37,405 nt of DNA, from the IMG/VR virus record IMGVR_UViG_3300027971_000007, one strand, 5' to 3'. How positions within the stretch are numbered: the stretch's first letter is position 1; each line of letters starts with the position of its first letter. The translations under genes were made by a program, and so were the position numbers. The notes beneath the pieces were generated by a model that did not search any database, had not been told where the DNA came from, and saw only the letters and a program-made list of their open reading frames with translations. This DNA is from a virus. Positions 31,780-37,405 of the stretch are shown here, in pieces.

Positions 31780-31807
31780 AAAAATAGCCCCTCTTGCGAA
31801 GGGCTAA
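31780..31807 (-). terminator. Intrinsic terminator after the major capsid gene
   Basis: On the minus strand, TAGCCC.TC-TTGC-GA.GGGCTA forms a hairpin followed by TTTTT, 7 nt after the capsid stop. This is analogous to the terminator after T7 gene 10. Confidence 0.7.
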
Positions 31808-31813
31808 GTTGCA

Positions 31814-32725
31814 TTACGCAGGAACTGCTAATGGAATACAAGCACCATCTCTAAGTTCTTTAACACCATAGAGAGTATCTGCAGTGTATAGAGTACCTAA
31901 ATATTCTTGTTTGTATTGTGTTTGTGAACGAACACCTACTTGTTCAACTAACACAGCAGCGTCTTTATGACCCATAAGGGCAATACGAGCAGCACCAGTT
32001 GCAGTATCCACATTTGAAGAGACAAATACTGGAATACCATAAAGATTACCAATTTCACCATTACGGATTGTGTTACCAGCACCAACTTCACCTACGAAGG
32101 ATTGTGCTACATATTCACTAATACCCATTAATGTGTTTCTTGCTGAAGGAGGAATCAAGAAGAAACGACCTTCCATTGGAACATCATTGTCATCTAAGCG
32201 TTGTACAGTTCTACGGATACCAGCAGATGTTAATGCAGAAGCATTAGGAGAACCTGATGTATATGCAGTAGTACCATCACCACCGATGTATGCGTTACCA
32301 TAAGTTACAGCTGATCCACCATTAAATCCACGACCTAATTGGATTAGTGATGTGTCAACTTGTTTAGCTAAAGCATAACCAGCGTCATCTGTATAGAAAC
32401 GACGGAGTGATGATAGAGCTTGTACTTCAACCATGTCTTCAATCATTCTTGAATATTCATAGTGTTTGTCAATTAAAACAGCAATATCTGTTTCAGTTGC
32501 TGCTTGAAGAGTTACTTGTGTATTGATTGCTTTAACAGCTGCAACACCTCTTGCTGGTACAGGAATACGAACTGTATCACCCTTTTTACCAACGAAAGAC
32601 ATTTTTTTAAATAGATTTGCTGCAACTAAGTTCTTTTTGTACGCAGCTACAATCTCGTCACTCCAAATTTCGGGAATAAAGGTTGCTGCTGTGGTAATAC
32701 TTACTTGATCGGTACCTAAAGCCAT
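31814..32725 (-). CDS. Major capsid protein (HK97-fold, podovirus type)
   Basis: 303 aa, directly after the scaffold-like gene and before a terminator. The N-terminus ...AATFIPEIWSDEIV... is typical of this capsid class. Confidence 0.75.
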   Translation of the reverse strand: MALGTDQVSITTAATFIPEIWSDEIVAAYKKNLVAANLFKKMSFVGKKGDTVRIPVPARGVAAVKAINTQVTLQAATETDIAVLIDKHYEYSRMIEDMVEVQALSSLRRFYTDDAGYALAKQVDTSLIQLGRGFNGGSAVTYGNAYIGGDGTTAYTSGSPNASALTSAGIRRTVQRLDDNDVPMEGRFFLIPPSARNTLMGISEYVAQSFVGEVGAGNTIRNGEIGNLYGIPVFVSSNVDTATGAARIALMGHKDAAVLVEQVGVRSQTQYKQEYLGTLYTADTLYGVKELRDGACIPLAVPA

Positions 32726-32748
32726 GATAAAAATCCTTTTCTAAAAAG

Positions 32749-33546
32749 TTAAATTACACGACCCTCTCGATATGCTGACATAATCTCTTCAGACATAGCA
32801 TCATATTTATCAGGATCGGACTGCATGAGTTTAATAATATCGCTTCGACGATATTTCTTCTTTGCAACAGATTCTGTAGCTCCTTGGCTTCCAACATCAG
32901 CAGCTTTTAATTGCTGGTCTCGGTCAACCTTAGATGTTTCTGCTACTTTTTTAGTGATAGACTGTTTATCATTCCATGTAGAGAGAAGTTCTTTAGCAGA
33001 ATCATAGTCAAACTGTGTCTCTGCTCTAGCAAATAACTCTGTACGGACTCTTGAATTCTTAATCCACTCAGCAAACTCAGGAGATTGAACAACTTCACCT
33101 ACATTAGGGAACTCAGATTTAAGCTGAGAAAGAGTTTGTTCTCTCTTCATCATTAATGCTTGATTCTGTGCTTCTTTAATTGCAGGGTGATTGTCAATAG
33201 CCCTCTTTACTGCGGTTTTAGGTTCAATGAAAAAATCATCATCACTTTCTGTTACTTCTTGTGTCTTGGATTCCTTAGCTGTTTGAGTCTTAATAAAGTT
33301 GTCCACTACTTGTCGCAGTTCACCAACTTCACTGCCTTGACGACCTATTAGCCTTTCAGCTTCTTGGTGCATACCGACAATATCTTTTAGTGATTTACCA
33401 CGATACTTTTCAGGGACATCATCTACTGGTTTAGTTTCTACTTTCTCTTCAACTTTGGGTTCTTCGACTGGTAAGTCTTGAGCCTTGTCTGTGAGATTAG
33501 AAGCTTCCAAATCATTTACTAACACTTCATCTATTAATCCTGCCAT
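32749..33546 (-). CDS. Scaffolding protein
   Basis: 265 aa, acidic, helical and Lys/Glu-rich. It lies between the portal region and the capsid gene. Confidence 0.6.
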   Translation of the reverse strand: MAGLIDEVLVNDLEASNLTDKAQDLPVEEPKVEEKVETKPVDDVPEKYRGKSLKDIVGMHQEAERLIGRQGSEVGELRQVVDNFIKTQTAKESKTQEVTESDDDFFIEPKTAVKRAIDNHPAIKEAQNQALMMKREQTLSQLKSEFPNVGEVVQSPEFAEWIKNSRVRTELFARAETQFDYDSAKELLSTWNDKQSITKKVAETSKVDRDQQLKAADVGSQGATESVAKKKYRRSDIIKLMQSDPDKYDAMSEEIMSAYREGRVI

Positions 33547-33585
33547 ATTATTTCTCCTGTGCGTTTAGCATTTTAGGAAAGAATT

Positions 33586-33819
33586 TCAAGCGGCATTCTG
33601 CTTTTGTTCTTCAGCCAATTTTTGTTTACGCTTTTTATCCCAAGCATCAGCTGCACCTGGAAAGCTTCCTGACCAACCCTCTAAACTAACTCTAGGTGCA
33701 CTGATAATTTTATCAGCGTTAGAGTTGCATTTAGGGCATGGAAAAGTTTGTGTGTACTCCGTTAGTTCCTCAAAGTGATTATCACAAGTGGAACAATGGA
33801 ACTCAAACAACTTCTTCAT
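33586..33819 (-). CDS. FmdB-type zinc-ribbon protein
   Basis: FHCSTCDNHFE...FPCPKCNS: a CxxC...CxxC ribbon at the N-terminus. Confidence 0.55.
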   Translation of the reverse strand: MKKLFEFHCSTCDNHFEELTEYTQTFPCPKCNSNADKIISAPRVSLEGWSGSFPGAADAWDKKRKQKLAEEQKQNAA

Positions 33820-34045
33820 TCTTTAACTCCTCGTAAGATTGTTCTGAAGCACTTTTAAGCGACAGAATCCATTGAAGTATATCTATTTGACCTTTTCGTT
33901 TATGAAACTCTTCAAACGAATCAGCTGTATTAATTTTATTGTATGTATCAAATAGGTTTTGAGTGTCTTCTATGAAGTCTTCCCAACCTTTTGTAGCCAT
34001 AGTACTAAATCTATTTTCATAATATTCTTGTAATTCTCGTTCCAT
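33803..34045 (-). CDS. Hypothetical protein
   Basis: 80-aa acidic ORF, the first gene after the late promoter at 34092-34120. Confidence 0.5.
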   Translation of the reverse strand: MERELQEYYENRFSTMATKGWEDFIEDTQNLFDTYNKINTADSFEEFHKRKGQIDILQWILSLKSASEQSYEELKNEEVV

Positions 34046-34091
34046 CTATTGCCTTTTTAATAAAAGTAGTGTATAATGAGAGTATATAACA

Positions 34092-34120
34092 ATTATAGCA
34101 TAGAAATCTTAGTTTGTCAA
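34092..34120 (-). promoter_or_regulatory. Sigma70-type late promoter (TTGACA-N17-TATAAT plus TGTTATAT), overlapping the last portal codons
   Basis: The minus strand reads TTGACA (34120..34115), a 17-nt spacer ending TGC, TATAAT (34097..34092), then TGTTATATAC. Confidence 0.7.
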
Positions 34121-36064
34121 GGGTTTGTTACTAGATTGCATTTGTTGCTTGACAATCTCTAAGTTTTGATCCATATCAGCTTCTTTTAGCATTAATTCAG
34201 CTATTTTTACTCTTCTATCAAACTCAGCAGCAATCTTATCATCCTCATTTGGTAGGTTTGTAGAGATAGCAGTCATAAGCTTAGCTTGTGTTTCTTGTGG
34301 TTTAGTCTGTATATCAACCACATTCTTAGCTGCAATAGTCTTGTTAACCTGTACTTCTGACATAGTTTTCTCAACTTTAGACTGTGCATCTTGCATTTGA
34401 AGTTGAATTGCCATTTGTTGCATTTGTTGTTGTTGTGGATTAGGAGCAGTTGCTTGAGCAATTTGCTGTAGCAATCCATTCTTATTAGGAAGGCTTGAGT
34501 TAGCAATAACACCTTGGATAAGGATTGGTGTAATTGGATTGTCTGAGCCAAGAGTTTTAAGTAGGTTAATAATTTGAAGTTGTTCTACTTCTCTTGCTAA
34601 CATACCTAATGTTGATGATGGAATAAATTTCCAATCTTTAACTGGGAACTCTTCAGGATTAAATTGCATAAATCTCCAAGCTGCCTTCTCAATAAATGGG
34701 ATAAGGAACTGGTCTTGGAAGTTTACTAGTGTGCGTTTATTTTTCTTGAGGATGCTAGAAAGCGTTACAGATAGTTCACCACCCGCAGGTTGTGTTTGCA
34801 TAGCTGCTGAATCAAGTGTACCTGTAGCTTGTAATAACATAGTTTCAAATGCTTGAGCAGTTTGAATGTTCCCACCATCTGTTTGACCAAATTTAAATGG
34901 CATTAAGATTTCAGCAGGATTACCATTTGTTAATATACTCTTACCTGGTTTAATTTCAAACTTAGCCCCACGAGGAAGGCGAGTTGCATCCATACCCATC
35001 ATAGGTACAGTAGTAAGTGCTAGTGAGTCAAGATGACTACGGAGTTGAGCATCAATAGCTTTTTGCATATTGTAGCCCTTCTCTGCAACACCCCTACCCC
35101 AAAATCTATTAGGCACTGTATCATCTTGATAAGCGATAACAGGGCGGTCTTTCATCATATAAGGACTGCGTTCAGCTTTTAATAGTTTACTGTCATTACC
35201 AATAACAACAATAGCTTCTACTAAATCACCATACTCTTCCATAAGGTCAGACTTCTCATCTTCACCTTCACCTAAGATGTCAACAATCTCATCTTCTTTA
35301 GCATCAAGTAAGTAAGCTGGTACTAAACCATAGTAACGAATAATTTTAATCTTATCATCATTGTATTCTTCATCTAAGAAGGATGCTTCTAAATCAGGAT
35401 CAGGTGTTGAATCATCTTCAATGTCGGTGTCTTTATAGATACCAGCTTTAACACCTTCAGCTACTTTATGTGCTGATACAAACTCTTCAATAGCTACACC
35501 AAGTGCATCATCAATAGATGTTGCTGTTGGGTCAATAAGAAAGTTTTGTGGACTAATTGGTTTTAATGAAACAACTACAGTTTCTTTTTCTTCTACGCCA
35601 ACTGCTACGGCATCTACTTCAGGCATCTGTCTTGTTGCAGGGACAAGTTCTTTAATTTTCTTAGTAGTAATCTCACCAATGCCAGTACCATAGATAGAAG
35701 CTAAAAGAGTAATGTCTCCAACTGCTTTACGGATCTTATTCTTTTTAAATTTCTCTTTCATGTAAGCTTTAAGATACTCTACATCACGAGGATCTTTATC
35801 CATCATGTCGTCATCAATATCAAATAGATGGTCACCTTGACCAAAGATAGCTTCTTCAATATCAGCTGTATGGTTTTCAATGGCTTGTTGAAGAGCAGGG
35901 GATGTTATACGGCTTCTTTCTGAATCTCTTAGACGATCTTCAGCAGCCCACTCGCCTCTCCAAAGTCTTTCGAACTCTTTCCAGTCAGTAAGATAATTAG
36001 TATCTCTATGGAGTCTCCAATCCTCAACATATTCCATTACCCAATCAACTAATTTATTTGCCAT
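34109..36064 (-). CDS. Portal (head-tail connector) protein
   Basis: 651 aa, immediately downstream of terL. Size and position match T7 gp8-type portals. It has a Gln-rich C-terminal segment. Confidence 0.75.
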   Translation of the reverse strand: MANKLVDWVMEYVEDWRLHRDTNYLTDWKEFERLWRGEWAAEDRLRDSERSRITSPALQQAIENHTADIEEAIFGQGDHLFDIDDDMMDKDPRDVEYLKAYMKEKFKKNKIRKAVGDITLLASIYGTGIGEITTKKIKELVPATRQMPEVDAVAVGVEEKETVVVSLKPISPQNFLIDPTATSIDDALGVAIEEFVSAHKVAEGVKAGIYKDTDIEDDSTPDPDLEASFLDEEYNDDKIKIIRYYGLVPAYLLDAKEDEIVDILGEGEDEKSDLMEEYGDLVEAIVVIGNDSKLLKAERSPYMMKDRPVIAYQDDTVPNRFWGRGVAEKGYNMQKAIDAQLRSHLDSLALTTVPMMGMDATRLPRGAKFEIKPGKSILTNGNPAEILMPFKFGQTDGGNIQTAQAFETMLLQATGTLDSAAMQTQPAGGELSVTLSSILKKNKRTLVNFQDQFLIPFIEKAAWRFMQFNPEEFPVKDWKFIPSSTLGMLAREVEQLQIINLLKTLGSDNPITPILIQGVIANSSLPNKNGLLQQIAQATAPNPQQQQMQQMAIQLQMQDAQSKVEKTMSEVQVNKTIAAKNVVDIQTKPQETQAKLMTAISTNLPNEDDKIAAEFDRRVKIAELMLKEADMDQNLEIVKQQMQSSNKPLTN

Positions 36065-36075
36065 TTGGTTTCCTT

Positions 36076-37332
36076 TTAATAGCCAGTTATTTTGTCTAAA
36101 ACTTGATATTCTTCATCTTCATAATCTTGGAAATACTCTACTACTTGAATTTGGTCTATGTATGCTAAAGCATCCACCAAGTCATCATGAAGCAAATGAT
36201 TAGGAAAATTAACGAGCTGATCAATAAACTCATTGTTCCATTCTCCCATATTAAGTGTTACCTTACCATGTTCAAATCTACCTTGTAAAGCCCACACTAT
36301 ACGATCAGTCTTCTTTTGGTTTCCATGAGTAACATCATCTATTCTAAAATAGTGATTGTTCCTTCTCATTAAATCCATAAGGTAGGGTAGTGCAGCATTC
36401 TTTAAGCTACCCTTTTCAATACCTACAGCAACTGGTTCATACTTAATAACTGTTCTAATAATCTGTTCGCAAGTCTCTTTAATATCCCAGCGACCATGAA
36501 TAATATCTGCTACCCACCAGCCACCTTCATGCACTTTAACTACGGCTATAGCTGTTTCATCCAGTTTACTATTTTTATTGCCCGACTCTTTATCGACATT
36601 AATAAAACCAGCCAAGTCAACTGTGATAAAATAACGACCATCATCAGGTTCTTCTTCATCAATCTTTATCCAATCTTCTTTAAAAATATCTCTGCTGGCA
36701 GCTTCAAATGATGCTAGAAACTCTTGCCTAAAAGCAAAACTGGACATTGATTGTTTAGCAGCTTCAATTTCTTTTGCAGGGATAAGTGGGTTATCATAGG
36801 ATGAATAATGGAATCCTTTCCACTCTACATCTTTAACACTCTCTGCATATTTATATAATTCGTAAAAGTGATTACGCCCTTTAGGAGTTCCTATGAACAT
36901 AGCTCCACCTTGCACATCGGCAAGGGCTGGTCTTAAAATCTGTTCCCAAACATTTGGTTTAATGTCTGCGTACTCATCAATTACTACGAAGGCTAGTCCA
37001 ACACCCCGAAGTGTGTCAGGTCTATCTGCACCTTTTAAGAAAATCTTTCTTCCATTTACCAGTGTAAGAATAGAAGTGTTTTCATGTGCAGCAGCAATTA
37101 CTTCATGCCCTAGTTCTTTTAGTAACCCCCAAAGAATATCTTTAGCTTGTTGGTAGGTTGGAGCAACATAGAACACATCTTTACTTTTACTCTTTAACGC
37201 TTCAATGAGAAGCATCCATGCAGCTAATCGACTCTTACCAAATCGTCTTCCTGCTGCAACCACTTTAAAACGAGTCTTATCATTAAAGACCTCGAGTTGT
37301 TTATCATGTAGTTTTACTTGTAAGGTTGACAA
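36076..37332 (-). CDS. terL: Terminase large subunit
   Basis: Walker A at VAAGRRFGKS, Walker B at AFVVIDEYAD, and a C-terminal RNase-H-like nuclease half (ITVDLAG..., HDDLVDALAY). The TTG start directly abuts the upstream TAA stop. The first 18 codons lie in the terminal overlap. Confidence 0.85.
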   Translation of the reverse strand: MSTLQVKLHDKQLEVFNDKTRFKVVAAGRRFGKSRLAAWMLLIEALKSKSKDVFYVAPTYQQAKDILWGLLKELGHEVIAAAHENTSILTLVNGRKIFLKGADRPDTLRGVGLAFVVIDEYADIKPNVWEQILRPALADVQGGAMFIGTPKGRNHFYELYKYAESVKDVEWKGFHYSSYDNPLIPAKEIEAAKQSMSSFAFRQEFLASFEAASRDIFKEDWIKIDEEEPDDGRYFITVDLAGFINVDKESGNKNSKLDETAIAVVKVHEGGWWVADIIHGRWDIKETCEQIIRTVIKYEPVAVGIEKGSLKNAALPYLMDLMRRNNHYFRIDDVTHGNQKKTDRIVWALQGRFEHGKVTLNMGEWNNEFIDQLVNFPNHLLHDDLVDALAYIDQIQVVEYFQDYEDEEYQVLDKITGY

Positions 37333-37405
37333 TTAGAACGAGTAATTTCCTTGTAACATTATTTGATAGCCTTGAGGTGTTAAGTTTCCATTAACATCAA
37401 TCATA
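37279..37405. repeat. Second copy of the 127-bp terminal overlap
   Basis: Identical to bases 1-127. Confidence 0.95.

Noticed and set aside
1-37405. Lysogeny module, tRNA genes, CRISPR arrays or known defence/anti-defence cassettes
   Set aside because: I saw no integrase, recombinase or repressor-like ORF, no tRNA-like cloverleaf and no repeat-spacer array on either strand.

Overview
This window is a complete, AT-rich podovirus-type phage genome. It resembles the T7 supergroup in gene content, but I see no phage RNA polymerase, no integrase and no tRNA. Bases 1-127 are identical to 37279-37405, so the unique circular length is 37278 bp.

The genome has two convergent arms that meet at a bidirectional terminator (16448-16474).
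- **Plus-strand early/replication arm (about 2.2-16.4 kb):** primase, DnaB-like helicase, a family-A DNA polymerase split into two ORFs, an SSB-like protein, a FEN 5'-3' exonuclease, an HNH endonuclease, an RNase-H-fold exonuclease, a DUF3310-like protein and a class-II-like ribonucleotide reductase.
- **Minus-strand virion/lysis arm:** it starts near 1.13 kb, crosses the contig junction and runs down to 16475. It carries a TerS-like gene, TerL, portal, scaffold, major capsid, a 1284-aa repeat fibre, a lysis cassette, tail-tube A/B-like genes, a second fibre and internal virion proteins including an SLT lysin.

Findings worth a second look:
1. An unannotated 24-codon gene (1422-1496, minus strand) encodes a near-textbook PqqA, the PQQ precursor peptide. 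It has its own promoter, SD and terminator, and no pqqBCDE genes are present.
2. It sits in a compositionally atypical island (about 1.4-5.2 kb). The island also holds a small TM peptide, an orphan 517-aa acidic Cys/His-rich protein and a clan-MH (M28-like) Zn peptidase.
3. Two sigma70-type promoters each fire directly into an A/T-only tract of about 70 nt (1273-1379 and 7814-7908). This resembles the promoter-plus-AT-rich layout of the T7 origin.
4. The DNA polymerase is cut exactly before motif A by a 59-codon acidic ORF.
5. Three late promoters share the core TTGACA-N17-TATAAT-TGTTATAT.

All functional calls rest on motif recognition by eye; no database search was possible.
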